Source: Camelus dromedarius
Taxonomy: Eukaryota
DNA length: 64,000 nucleotides
Direction of reading: 5' to 3'
Assembly: GCF_036321535.1 (NCBI RefSeq)
Contig: NC_087436.1
Location: forward strand, 108,378,001 to 108,442,000
Below the pieces are notes generated by a model, which was not told the DNA's origin, made no database searches, and saw only the letters and a list, made by a program, of their open reading frames with translations. The position numbers and the translations under genes were made by a program. Each line of letters starts with the position of its first letter. Positions within the stretch are counted from its first letter, which is position 1. Shown here piece after piece: positions 11,613 through 24,875 of this stretch.

Positions 11613-14600
11613 AGTTCTTGAAAGGCAATGAGTATGTCCAATTTTGTGGGGTCTCTAGCTTGTAGAGGAATGCTTGGCTAAGACCCTGATAAAGAGAATA
11701 AAACAAAAGCAGATAAAGAAAAAGTAAGCAAAGTAATACAAAGTAGGATAGAAGGGAGTGGGAATAGAAAGTGCAGACAGGGCAAAAGAGGTATAAGGAC
11801 CCAGGTGATGAATTTACTTCCCCAGCCTACTTCCGGGTAACTTGGCCAAAGGTAAGGCTAGATGTTTTTTGTTTTTGTGTTTGTTTATTTGAGATGTGGT
11901 TGAGATACTGTAAACTGGAACCATCTCTCTCTCTCTCTCTCTGATTCTTCGTTTTCCCCTGAATAAAGACCAGGGACCGTGGAGTTGGGGCTGATTTTTC
12001 TCCTTCCTCATCCCTAGCGTTAAGCAGAGAGGTACTGGAGGGCAAAAATGGGATTTTCCTCAATCTTAGGATAAAAGCTGTCTCGGAGTTCAAGGGCTAG
12101 CTATGTGGCATGCCGTCATCACTTTCCTGAGCTACGCCGCCCAAGTACGTGTTGTGTTCTCATGCTTACTGCCCTGGCTCTTCTACCCTGGCCGTGGCCC
12201 TCTGAGCACCGAAGCAAGAATCTTGAGCTCTCAAACCTCGGGGATCCCCTTCTTGTTTTCCCTCTGGCTTTGCTCTTCTTCTAAAGACAAGGCTACAAGG
12301 GAGATTTCCATATGAGGTAGACACAATTGCTTGAGTGGCTGAAATTTGGAAGGATTCATGATAGTCTCATTGCAGTGCAGCATCCCCTGCAGGTTGTGGG
12401 CCAGAGAGCTTTACAATGTTTCAGAAGAGGTGGCTTCTTGTCTGCCAACCAGCCATGGAAGAGTTTCTTTTTTGTCGCCCCTGGGTTAGCTGACTGAGCA
12501 CAATGTATTCAGGAATAGCATTCAAGCCGTGTATATTTGAGGGTGCACTTAACCATTAAGAGAATAGTAGCTGCATTTCTCTTAACAGATATGTGTGGAA
12601 AATTCAGTTCCTAGACCTCAAATCTATTGCTTACATCAAAGGACTGTCTATGCAATGATAGGATGCTCAAGCAGCCTTTAAGAACATATACATGGTTAGG
12701 TATTTTACACCAGCCAATCACTTATTTATAGTCTAGAGTCAGCCAGAATGGTCACCATGAGAGAAATAACAACAGAATAAGCTGCATAAAAGTTAACATT
12801 TCTAATTTCAGATATTTTAGAATATGAGTATTCTTGAGTTTGACGGATGGATAGGAGCTATTTAAAATTGAGATATGAATGTTTCCTTAATGGACACAAA
12901 TACATTATCCAGATCTCAGGCTTTGAATTATTGCTAATCTGAATAATTTCTGTTCCAAAGTTGTTTTAGATAAATACTAAACACTGCCAAGGTTAATAAC
13001 AACAACAGAGACAGAATAAATAGCTATTGGGTGAAAGAATAAAATAGAGTAGGAAACGAATTGCAGATCATTTCAGAACAGTCAGTCTAAATGTGATGAT
13101 AAAAATAACAACTATTTCAGGAATGGGAAAGGTTCAATTTTTTAAAATTATAATCTGGAAAATAAAGAGTATTGTTTGACATCTTCAGACTTTAGAGATA
13201 ATCATGGTAGTCCTTGGCCCAAAACACTGTAACATGTTGCTGTTGTTCACTGTAGAATCTAAACCCTTGAAAAATTCTTCTCTCCTTCAGCACAAACCTG
13301 CATTTCCAGCTTTCCCTTCCATCCTGGAACCCCTGCCTAAATGACAGATCCCATAATTACCCACCTCCTTGCCTTTATTGTGCTATTTTGCATTCACTTG
13401 CAATGTCCTTTCCTGACTTTGCCCTTTGCAAAAATCGCACACCTTCAAGGTCCAATGCATGCATTTTTTTCCTCCCAAGATGAATGGCCCTGACCAATAG
13501 TGCTCTTCATGCTATGAAATCATCCACCTCTTCCTTATATGACTTTAATTGTTCTTATCCCGTGTGATCTTTAATTACAGTTAATTTATTTGATTTACTT
13601 GCTTTTGTGGTGGTTGAGATTTTCTTTATTTTTCTGACATCTTCCCCTCCCATAACATAGATGTATTTGCTTGTTATCCATGCATTAATTTGTTTCAATC
13701 ATATGAAATGCATATCTTATATTGTAAAAACTCAAGTTTAAAATGAGGTTCTATCTTAATTAAGATTCTTCCATCTACGACCTACGGATACGTGTTCTTG
13801 CATCCAACACATTTATTGATGTCTCCTGTGTATGAGTACTCTGTCCAAATGTCTTTTCTCAGAACAGTTTCTACACACCACTGTTATAGCTCTCATCACA
13901 TTGTATAATAGAATTCTGCCTTTCATAAATTCCTAATGGGTATCCCTCTTGCCAGAAACCATGCCACTTAGTTTTAAACTCCTAGCACCTTGCACTTATT
14001 GGGCTGTTGACAAATGTCTGTTTAATAAACATATTTGTTTGGCTGCATTGATAGGTAGAAGAATCAATACATAAATGATTTTAAGATTTTATTTTTAAGT
14101 AACATGGTTGTTGTGGGTGTAATGTGTTTGAAGATAAAAAGTCTAATTGAGGGTACAATACTTATAACGTTACTTAAATGAAGTGTTAATGAGAATTGCA
14201 AAAGAAGGGTTATTAAGATACAGAGATCTAATTGGGCTCACATTTTCTTGGTCTAAAGATGAATAACTGCTGCTCTGTAAGCTTAGCCCCACTTTATCCT
14301 CCCAGCCACCACAACCAAAAACTCTCACATTTTATCAGGTATCTAGTCTCTGAAATCAAAATGGTAGCTAACAGGAGAGCACTTTCTGAGCCCTGAGTAT
14401 TTACTTTCTGATTTTGGAAATTAGTGTACCAGCCTTTATGGTCTCTGTCCCTACGTCCTTAGGCTACAACCTTACAGATTCCTAAATGCTATGGAAAAGG
14501 AGTGCAGACAATTCCTAAGTATGCACTTCAAATCCCAAAGAAAGCATTTTACCTCACCCTTCAGGTGAGGGATGCAGCTGCCTCAAGCTTTGGTCTCTCT

Positions 14601-15139
14601 TTTGTGCTCCTGCTGTTCAGAATGATAGTGGTGATAGTCAAAACCATCATCTTTGAATTACAAAGACCAGAAAGTGCATGTCAAAAAATCAGTAATGATG
14701 TTTTACAGCACAGCTTGCAACCAAAAATTTGAAAAGTTCAATTTTCTCATTTCCAGAAGAGCTATATAACTTGTAAGCATACTGCAGATTTTTATTTTAC
14801 AGATGAAAAATGTAGGCACCTGGTGATTTTCCTAATGCTAGTGCTGTTGGTGATAAAAGCAGAGGGACAAGCACTCCTAGTTCACTGTAGACACATTTAT
14901 GCAGAAAGGTCAGGCCCCGCAGGGCTAGGGCAAGGTTTGAGAAACATCTTTTATCCACAGTTGTGGGGACCTGGGACCAGAAAGCAAGCCTGAAATCATG
15001 CTCAAGAGAGGGGCTCAGGGCTACAGCTTGAGAAGCATATCCAACTTGGTAGTGATTGGATCAAGGAGGGCTGCAAGCATGGGACAGTCTTCAGAGTACA
15101 ACACCCAAGGATTTGAGGGACTGGAAGGATGAGGGTAAG

Positions 15140-15400
15140 AGGATGGAACATAGAATCAGATGAACAAGCATCTAAATCATGACTTCACCACTCACTGACT
15201 ACTCTTGAGCAAGTTCTCACCAACTGCTGTGTGGTCTGGAACAAGTTACTTAACTTCTCTGAGCCTGTTTCCTCATTTGCAAAAAGGAGGTTAAAAAAAA
15301 AAGAACCTATCTTAAAGAGCAACTGAGAGGATTCAGTGAGATTTCATGTATAAAGTGTTTAGCACTTTAGCTCAATAAATGTTAGTTGTTACTACTGTCA
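15140..15400 (+). mobile_element. MIR
   Basis: 'aacaagttacttaacttctctgagcctgtttcctcatttgcaaaa' is the MIR core. Confidence 0.85.
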
Positions 15401-15558
15401 TCATTATAAAATAGGTGAACTAGAGATCTGGCTGAATAACAGATACAGGAACTATTTCTTACACTTTCTTACGTATTTTATTTGTTCCCTGAGATGTGTT
15501 TCATGAACAGATGCGACCCAAATAAAGGGCTGGATAAGAGCAGCCTAGTCCACTGTTT

Positions 15559-18175
15559 GTTTTTTTTTTTAATATTTTTTATTGATTTATAATCATTTTA
15601 CAATGTTGTGTCAAATTCCAGTGTTCAGCACAATTTTTCAGTCATACATGGACATATACACACTCATTGTCACATTTTTTTCTCTGTGAGCTACCATAAC
15701 ATTTCGTGTATATTTCCCTGTGCTATACAGTATAATCTTGTTTATCCATTCTACAATTCTGAAATCCCAGTCTATCCCTTCCCACCCTCCGCCCCCCTGG
15801 CAACCACAAGTCTGTATTCTCTGTCTGTGAGTCTATTTCTGTCCTATATTTACTCTTTGTTTTTGTTTATTTGTTTGTTTGTTTTTGTTTTTTAGATTCC
15901 ACATATGAGTGATCTCATATGGTATTTTTCTTTCTCTTTCTGGCTTACTTCACTTAGAATGACATTCTCCAGGAGCATCCATGTTGCTGCAAATGGCATT
16001 ATGTTGTTGGTTTTTATGGCTGAGTAGTATTCCATTGTATAAATATACCACTTCTTCTTTATCAAGTCATCTGTTGATGGACATTTAGGCTGTTTCCATG
16101 TTTTGGCTATTGTAAACAGTACTGCTATGAACATTGGGGTGCAGGTGTCATCCTGAAGTAGGGTTCCTTCTGGATACAAGCCCAGGAGTGGGATTCCTGG
16201 GTCATATGGTAAGTCTATTCCTAGTCTTTTGAGGAATCTCCACACTGTTTTCCATAGTGGCTGCACCAAACTGCATTCCCACCAGCAATGTAGGAGGGTT
16301 CCTCTTCCTCCACAGCCTCTCCAGCATTTGCCATTTGTGGATTTTTGAATGACGGCCATTCTGAGTGGTGTGAGGTGATACCTCGTTGTAGTTTTGATTT
16401 GCATTTCTCTGATAATTAGTGATATTGAGCATTTTTTTCATGTGCCTTTTGATCATTTGTGTGTCTTCCTTGGAGAATTGCTTGTTTAGGTCTTCTGCCT
16501 ATTTTTGGATTGGGTTGTTTATTTTCTTGTTGTTGAGTTGTATGAGCTGCTTATATATTCTGGAGATCAATTTTCTCCCATTCCATAGGTTATCTTTTTG
16601 TTTTACTTCTGGTTTCTTTTGCTGTGCAGAAGCTTGTAAGTTTCATTAGGTCCCATTTGTTTATTCTTGCTTTTATTTCTTCTAGGAGAAAATTTTTGAG
16701 ATGTATGTCAGATAATGTTTTGCCTATGTTTTCCTCTAGAAGGTTTATTGTATCTTGTCTTATGTTTAAGTCTTTGATCCATTTTGAGTTGATTTTTGTA
16801 TATGGTGTAAGAGAGTGTTCTAGCTTCATTGTTTTACATGCTGCTGTCCAGTTTTCCGAACACCATTTGCTAAAGAGACTGTCTTTATTCCATTGTATAT
16901 TCTTGCCTCCTTTGTCGAAGATGAGTTGACCAAAAGTTTGTGGGTTCATTTCTGGGCTCTCTATTCTGTTCCATTGGTCTACATGTCTGTTTTGGTACCA
17001 ATACCATGCTGTCTTGATGACTGTAGCTCTATAGTATTGTCTGAAGTCTGGGAGAGTTATTCCTCCAGCCTCTTTCTTTCTCTTCAGTAATGCTTTGGCA
17101 ATTCTAGGTCTTTGATGGTTCCATATGAATTTTATTATGATTTTTTCTAGTTCTGTGAAATATGTCCTGGGTAATTGGATGGGGATTGCATTAAATCTGT
17201 AGATTGCCTTGGGCAGTGTGACCATTTTAACAATATTGATTCTTCCAATCCAAGAGCATGGGATATCTTTCCATTTTTTAAAGTCTTCTTTAATTTCCTT
17301 CATCAATGGTTTATAGTTTTCTGTGTATAATTCTTTCACCTCCTTGGTTAGATTTATTCCCAGATATTTTATTACTTTGGGTGCTATTTTAAAGGGGATT
17401 GTTTCTTTACTTTCTTTTTCTGTTGATTCATCGTTAGTGTAAAGAAATGCAACTGATTTTTGAACGTTAATCTTGTAACCTGCTACCTTGCTGAATTCTT
17501 CGATCAGCTCTAGTAGTTTTTGTGTGGACCTTTTAGGGTTTTCTATATATGGTAACATGTTGTTGGCATATAGTGACACTTTTACCTCTCCTTTTCCAAT
17601 TTGGATCCCTTTTATTTCTCTCTCTTGCCTGATTGCTGTGGCTAGGACTTCCAGGACTATGTTGAATAGGAGTGGTGATAGTGGGCATCCTTGTCTTGTC
17701 CCAGATTTTAGTGGGAAGCTTTTGAGTTTTTCACCATTGAGTACTATGCTAGCTGTAGGTTTGTCATATATAGCTTTTATGATGTTGAGATATGTTCCCT
17801 CTATACCCACTTTGGTGAGAGTTTTTATCATAAACGGGTGTTGAATTTTATCAAATGCTTTTTCTGCATCGATTGAGATGATCATGTGGTTTTTGTCCTT
17901 TCTCTTGTTGATGTGATGTATTACATTGATTGATTTGCATATGTTGAACCACCCTTGTGTCCCTGGGATGAACCCCACTTGGTCATGATGTATAATCTTT
18001 TTTATGTGTTATTGGATTCTATTTGCTAAAATTTTGGTGAGGATTTTGGTGTCTATGTTCATCAGTGATATTGGCCTATAATTCTCTTTTTTTGTAGTGT
18101 CTTTGCCTGGTTTTGGTATCACGGTTATGGTGGCTTCATAGAATGAGTTTGGGAGTATTCCCTCCTTTGCAGTCG
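15559..18175 (-). mobile_element. Young 5'-truncated L1 (about 2.6 kb) with poly(A) tail and TSD
   Basis: Poly(T) on + at about 15560, L1 3' UTR and ORF2 homology. TSD AGTCCACTGTTT at 15547-15558 and 18176-18187. The element strand reads TT/AAAAA at the 5' flank, the canonical L1 endonuclease site. Confidence 0.97.
15892..18175 (-). pseudogene. L1 ORF2p remnant (RT region to C-terminal Cys-rich domain), inactivated
   Basis: ORFs 18009-18233 (L1 part), 16590-17978 ([24 protein letters not shown]) and 15892-16404 (CWRGC...HCWWEC). Stop at 18009-18011; CAA>TAA at 16590-16592; 26-bp deletion at 16570/16571 relative to the 62 kb copy; YADD reads YANN. Confidence 0.95.
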
Positions 18176-18204
18176 AGTCCACTGTTTTTAACTTCAGTTT
18201 CACC

Positions 18205-18793
18205 TGTAGATTTTTTTTTCCTTCTCTATCCATCTTAGATTCATTAACTGGTTAACTGGGGCTCTGTAAATTAAACTGACAAAAAGATTAACAAGAGAAA
18301 AACAAACAAATTTATTAACATTTGCATTGTGCTTACACATGGGGATACTCAGAGATGAGTAACACAAAACGGTGGTTAGAACTTGGACTCACACAGCATC
18401 TTAACAAAAGAACAATAATTTTGTAGAGAAATGACAAGACAAAGAAGAAGAGCTCTGAATCCCTGGGGTGGCACGTTGTCAGAAGGCAAATATATATGGC
18501 AATTAATGGTAGATAAGGGATAGTTTTAGCAAGGTTTGTTAGGTAGATTCCTCTGGTTAGTGCCTGGGATGATAAAAATCTTGAGTGGTCTCCAGTGATT
18601 AACTTCTGTCCTTTCCCACGTAGAGAGGGGAAGCTATGACATCTTTGCTAACTTAGGTCCTACGTTTTGGCACATTGGGAAAGGGCAGAAAGCTTGTCTT
18701 GTATCTGCTTCTTCTCAATTGTCTGCCTTCAGCTCAAGATAATCTTTATGCCAAAGCAGCATATCTCAGGGTAGCATATTTTGCTAACCTTCA
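18205..18793 (-). mobile_element. ERV1-class solo LTR (MER41-superfamily-like; family name tentative)
   Basis: TG...CA termini with an exact 4-bp TSD CACC (18201-18204 and 18794-18797). The end 'ccttcagctcaagataatctttatgccaaagcagcatat...ccttca' resembles laurasiatherian ERV1 LTRs. Confidence 0.8.
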
Positions 18794-18959
18794 CACCCGT
18801 CAGTTAAACAATTCATGAGGTCATTTCCTCCTGTTCACATGCGCTGGACATCTGCATTGCTTCCACCCAGGGATCTGGTTGTCCTGTGGCATTGCGAGCA
18901 CTTGCAGAGGAGCAGGTGGCGGCTGTAGATGAGGAGGAGAATGGACTGTGCCTTACTTT

Positions 18960-19150
18960 GGGCTGGGAATGTTTACCCTTATCTTTATTTCAACCTCAAG
19001 AAGTAAGTATTAGTAATTTCATTTTCCACATAACAAAACTAAAGCTGAGCTATGAAGCAGTCTACCCTAGATCACCTAGCTAGGAACTGTCAGATCTGGA
19101 ATCAAATAGTGTGATTAGGCTCCAAAGCCCGTGCTTCTTCTAATGCCACT
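18960..19150 (-). mobile_element. MIR, degraded
   Basis: 'cctagatcacctagctaggaa' and 'ggctccaaagcccgtgctt'. Confidence 0.55.
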
Positions 19151-20164
19151 AATTTTACAAAATCAGTAAGTTTTAGTGGCTTTTTTTTTTTTTTTTTTTT
19201 TTGTCTTCAATTCTCATCAGCAACAATTGCCACAACTGCAAATTCTAGGTCAGGAGAGGAGGTTCATTGCTCTGTCTCCTGTGAGGTCCATCGGCATCTG
19301 GAGCCAGCCCCTTGGCTATTCTGTGGCACCCTCTCTGATTGTGTGGTACCTTGTCTGCGTAGTTTCCTGACAGCTGATGTCACTCCATTCCAAAGTTGTG
19401 TATAAACTGGGGTTTACAATATCTCAGGTTGAATTAATAACGTTTTATTTCCTTCTGTAGACAAACCAGCAGTTGAACCTATAGTCTGTTTCTTCTGAAT
19501 CATGCAGGTTATCACCTCATACTCCAGCCTTGGCCCCTTCTCCTCTCCACTCTCCCGTATGTACTGCCTTCTTTACCCCAACAATTATGTAATTCATGAA
19601 TTATTATGCAAGCGTCCTTCTTGGACTTTGCTGTGTGAGGTTATTCCCTGGGAAGGGGGAAAATAGGAGGGAGAGGGAGGAGAATTGTGAAGAAAGAGAG
19701 TTTGGGACTAAAACCTCCCCTCCTTCTGGGAAGAAAGTATAAAATAATATGATTTCTGGTTATAAATATGAATTACATATGGTTACGAACAAGTGTGACA
19801 CAGAATTTGTATCCATATTATTAAGTATGTTTGTTTATAACTTTTGTATGATTATCACACTCAGTTTTCATGTAGTTCATTCTTTAATCCTTTTGTGATT
19901 TTTAAAACATGGCTCAGTTTTTGCAAATGGAACCAAAGGAAAGAAAAGTAGAGTAACATAATCTGAGAGACCTCAGGGTTTGAGATCATAGCTCGCTTAA
20001 GTTCTCTAGACAGAGTAAACTTGAGCAGCAGTTACAACTTAGATCCTTTTGGAAGCCAGACCATAAAAACAGTTAACATTTTTGAGTACTAGCTGTCCTA
20101 GATAATGTCCTCTCTAGGTAAAGTCCACTGTAGGAAGGGTTGTAAATGCAAATTCCAGGGAGTG

Positions 20165-20395
20165 GACAACAGTAATGGCTAACATTTCTTGAGCATCTTT
20201 ATGTGCTAGATAATGTTTGAGGCATTTTTAAGCAGTATGCACTTAGTCCTCACTACATGAAATGGAAGCCAGGGCCATCACACTAATTTTATACGTGGAG
20301 AAACTGAAGCAATGAAAAGTGAGTGAAACAGCCAACAGGTGGTAGAGCAAGGCTGCAAACTAAGGCATCTGACCCAAGAGTCTTTGTCTTCAGCG
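20165..20395 (-). mobile_element. MIR
   Basis: 'atggctaacatttcttgagca...tgtgctaga' and 'tggagaaactgaagc'. Confidence 0.65.
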
Positions 20396-20561
20396 TAAGC
20401 TTTTCCCTTCTAACTGTGCAAAGTATCCAGGTGTGAGATGGGATAAGTAATTCAGGGAATGGAAACTGCAGAGTGTATTTCTGCCTGAAGCAGGCAAATA
20501 AAATAATGATGCTGACAAAGAAGGAGAAGCAGCAGCAGGAACAGCAGCAGTGGAAATGGAA

Positions 20562-20590
20562 GGGGGAGGGGGGCAGGGGGAGGAGGAGGG
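20562..20590 (+). other. G-quadruplex-forming motif in unique sequence
   Basis: G5-A-G6-CA-G5-AGGAGGA-G3 fits G3+(N1-7G3+)x3. Confidence 0.55.
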
Positions 20591-22225
20591 TGTGCGGGCC
20601 AAGAAAACGCATCTCTAAGCCCGTCTCCACCTCTGGGCTGTTGGGGTCCAGCAGTGGATACTGATTTAAAGCAAAATCAAAAAGACTTACGGGCTTGAAA
20701 CTTGAGAATGGTTCTTGGGGCACATTGATACTTGGCCCCTGACTTGAGAGAATTTGAGGATAATTGCTTTTTTGTCTAAACCTGATCTTATTGGCAGAGA
20801 CTCATAATTTCAGTCCAAACATTCTGATTTATTTTTAGACTGCTTCACCTACATTTATGTGATTAACAATATTGTTTTGAATATTTTTTAACATATAAAA
20901 GAAATGGGGGTTTACTGTGAGGGGTTTTTAGAAACACAATGTCTTCTTCCCATTAAAGGCTGTTATAAAAAACAATACAATAGAAGGAGAGGGTTCATTG
21001 TTAGTTTAAAGAAATCCATTAATTTAGATTGTATGCTCGTACTTTTGAAAGATAATGCCGCACTGGCTAAGAGTATTTCCAGGAAAACAAAACACAGAAA
21101 ACAACAAAAATACCAATTTAAACGTAAAGTTTTCTTCACAGCTTGTCAGTTCTTCAAAATGAAGTCCTCAAGAAACCGAAAACCAAAATCAATATTCCCT
21201 TTTAAACCTCTGAATGACTTTTACTTGGATATATAAGCGAGCCTCTTTATATTCTTCTCTGGAACTAAGTGAGACATAAACAAAATATTATGAGATTGTT
21301 CTAATTTTCAAATATACTCACAAATAGGATGTAAAGGCTTGTTTATCAAATCATTTTTCTTGCTCATATGTTTTCTACTGAACTGGAATAAGTGTAAGGT
21401 CATATCATCCACCAATCAGTAAAGTTTAGCTATGTTTTAATTCTAAATTCTGAAAAAATAATTTAAAAAATTTGAGACAGAGGTTACCCATGTTAGGGCT
21501 CAATAAATATTTTTGAGTAAATGGACGTATGACTAAGTAAGTGAATGGATCTATAATGCAAACTATTTGCAAATTCTTGTTCCTGCATAAATTAGGTTAT
21601 GAATTAAATCGGAATCTCCTTTTCAGATTTAAATCTCATTTTCTCTATTTTCTTGGTAACTCAGTGTTGATGGCTCTAGTAGAATGACCAGCTTTCCAAA
21701 TTTTATCACTTCATCCAACATAAATTACAATAAATGTGGAAAAGAAGTGATTAAGTCATTCATCTAATTTTCTTCATGGGACCCTCCAGGAAATGTTTGA
21801 ACCCCAGGGCCAATCTGATTGCAAAGAACTCTGTTTCATAGTGTAGTTATAACTGTGTGATGAGCTGGTGAAGTTGTTAAAAGTCAACAGAAGAGACTTA
21901 TACCACCAGGAACAGTCACCGCAGGTGTTTCATAGGCTAATCTCCTTCAAGGAAGGATCTCAAGATCTTTACATGATATTGAATGTTTACAGTGGTATTT
22001 TATATGCTTTCCTGATTCACTTTTAATATCCAAAGAGAGAGCCAGAGCGCAGTGTTTGCGGAGTAATACTTATCCTGTGAAATTTATAAACTCTTCTGGC
22101 CTCTTTGACCTTCAGTTGGATCATTGTATCTGTAGTGATTAAGAAGAATGTCACGTGCTCATCCTTAAAAAAATAGAATTAAAAAAATAATGATTTTCAA
22201 ACTTGCCCCTAAAGGAAAAACTTTT

Positions 22226-22690
22226 GTGTTAGTTTGTTAGGGCTGCTATAGCAAAGCACCACACACACTAGGGGCCTCAGACAACAAAAGTGCGTTGTCT
22301 CACAGTTTTGAAGGCTGACAGTCTGAGATCCAGGTGCCAGCAGGAATTGGCTCCTTCAGAGGGCTGTGAGCGAGAATCTCCCATGCCTCTCCCCTAGCTT
22401 CTGGGGGTTTGCTGGCCATCTTTGACATTTCTTGGCTTATAGTGCATGACCTCAATTTCTGCTTTCATCTTCCCATAGACAGCACTCCCTGTGTGCGTGT
22501 CTCTGTGTCCAGATTTCATCTTTTTATGAGGACACCAGTCATAATAGATTAAAGCTCACCCTAATAACCTCGTTCTAACTTGATGACTTCTGTAAAGTTC
22601 CTATCTTCAAATAGGGTCGCATTCTGAGGTACTAGAAGTTAGGACTGCAACACATTTTTTTGAGGAAAGACACAGTTCAAATCATTATAC
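22226..22690 (-). mobile_element. MaLR solo LTR, MLT1C-like
   Basis: 'tgtgttagtttgttagggctgctatagcaaagcaccaca' through 'attctgaggtactagaagttaggact'. Confidence 0.85.
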
Positions 22691-22724
22691 CCTCAAAAGG
22701 GAAATGTGTCAGGGTATTACAAAA

Positions 22725-23042
22725 AAGAACAGTGCTCACCCTATACCAGGCACTTTAGATTTTATTCAACCCTTTGACCACACTGTGAGATAGGAGTCAT
22801 CTCCATTTCGACAAAAGAGAAATGTGGAGTTCAGAGAGATCAATAATTAGAGCCAACACACCCACTAGTGAAGAGGTGAACCAAGATTCAAATCCATGTG
22901 CCTTCATTCTACGCTGCCTTCCAGGATGGAGCCCACATGGGCAAGGCTCTTCACGTAACTCACTATTACATCTCCAGTACCTAAAACAGTACCTGGCACA
23001 GAGTTCTCACTCAAATATATATTTATTGAGCAAATAAATGAG
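22725..23042. mobile_element. MIR (-) followed by an L2 3' end (+)
   Basis: 'ctataccaggcact...ccaagattcaaatcca' and 'aacagtacctggcacagag...caaatatatatttattgagcaaataaatga'. Confidence 0.65.
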
Positions 23043-24355
23043 AAAATTTAACTGACTTATTCACAAGTGGTTCTCCTCACTGTAAGGTGAAAGGAAAGTG
23101 GGGGGTCTGGTGTGTGGACATGAATGGAAACCTGTCTACTTTGTGGCCTTCCCACAAAATGACAAGTGTCATCATGCACCATCATCAGCCAATTCGAGAT
23201 GTGGAGAGCCTCTTTGTATTTTCTGCAGAACTCTCAATCACCAGCTCCTATCGGAAAAGGTGCATACCATACACTGTATTTTAAAATACACACTCATATT
23301 TACACACACAATATTTATGATGGAAATGTAGCCTTTACCAGGTACTTAGTCCCCACACGCTATAAAAATACAGCCAGAAAATTATGGCTTCAATGGTTAG
23401 ACTATTTCAGAGATCTTGCATACCACCTACATGAATATTATCTGCAAATAGAGAACTGCTGTTAAGTGCCTGCTCTTGATTTTAGCTGGAATGATTTCCC
23501 TGTCAAGTGATGAGTAGACTGGAAACACTGCAAAACAAGATCAGGCTCACCTTGAAGATGGTAGGAATTGCTGTGGATATGAAAAGAACAAAACATTTGC
23601 TACACTGAGTTTCATTTGAATCATATTAAAATTAAAGATATTAATCATATTGGAAAACCGAAGTCAATACCTGGTAGATTTTAAAGAGAAGCATTTTAAG
23701 AGAAATCATTGGGTCAAAGAGCTGTCGGTGATGTAAAGGTTTTGCATATGTCTGTAGACGTACTTCATAGCACTAAAAATGAAGTTGAGAGTGAATGAAT
23801 GGATATGTGAAGGCAGGAGTTACTTTTCTTGATGATCCTAGTGGATGTCATGTCTGGTATTACTTTTGCTCCTGCACTTTATTCAGATACGCAATTACTT
23901 GAATGCCTTCCGTATAGGAAGCCTCCTTTTAAGAAAATAATAATATCTAACAACATAGACCACTTTGCAGTTTGCGTATCACTGTTTTGATCATGTTTGA
24001 TGTATAGTAACTCTCTGAGTCCTTTGGGTTAGTATTACTCAGTGGTACTTACAAATCATGTGAGATTCAGGGGATTTATCTGATAAAGCACAACTGAGCA
24101 TGTGCTTAACAAACGGGTCAGAGACAGGAACTGACCTGATCTTAATTTTGTTTCAGGACCATCCTGTTAGCTGTTGTTGGGCAATTGAACAAAGCGGGAG
24201 GGACGTTGCACGGTGGTAGGCAGGTAGGGCAAAGCTGCAAACAATCTACCAACTCGTCAACCAAGCAGCCTCATGACCGACTACTTTTACTCAGAGACAT
24301 GTATTACGAGGGGATTAGATTCAAGGCTGATATTTAGATGAAAATCATTCTAGTT

Positions 24356-24759
24356 AGTATACTAGTTAGTAGGGCTGACATACGAAAATACCACAGACTG
24401 GGTGGCTTAACCACTTTATTATGTCACAGTTCTGGAGGCTAGAAAAGTTCGGGGTCAGAATGTCAGGTGTGAGCAAATGTAGTTTCCTCTGAGGCCTCTC
24501 TCCTTGGCTTGCAGACGACCGTCTTCTTGCTGTGTCCTCACACGGTCTTTCCTCTGTGCCTGCACTTGTCTGCGTCCTAATCTCCTTTTCTTACAAGGTC
24601 ATCAGTCGTACTGGATTAGGGCTCACCGTGTGACCTCATTTAATGAAGGTAAAATTACCTCTGTAAAGGCCCTGCTTCCAAATGCAGTCACATTCTGAGT
24701 TACTGGGGGTTAGGACTTCAACATAGGGATTTGAGGGGGGACAAAATTCAGCCATAGCA
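24356..24759 (-). mobile_element. MaLR solo LTR, MLT1B-like
   Basis: 'aaataccacagactgggtggcttaa', 'ctgaggcctctctccttggcttgcagacg' and 'cagtcacattctgagttactgggggttaggacttcaacat'. Confidence 0.88.
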
Positions 24760-24760
24760 A

Positions 24761-24875
24761 GGTGACATGACATTCTGATTTGTCAGGACAGTTGTCTCAG
24801 TGTAATTATCATTAGTTTTCTGTTTTACTCAAAAGCTTTCCAATTTGTGTGACAAATTGTATGGTTATTTCACCC
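24761..24875. mobile_element. hAT-Blackjack MITE remnant (MER94-like)
   Basis: 'ggtgac...tttgtcaggacag...gtaattat...actcaaaag...acaaattgtatggt' follows the remembered MER94 layout. Confidence 0.45.

Noticed and set aside
13685..13765. Possible MADE2 mariner MITE remnant
   Set aside because: Only 'atcatatgaaat' and a weak right arm match; too degraded to call.
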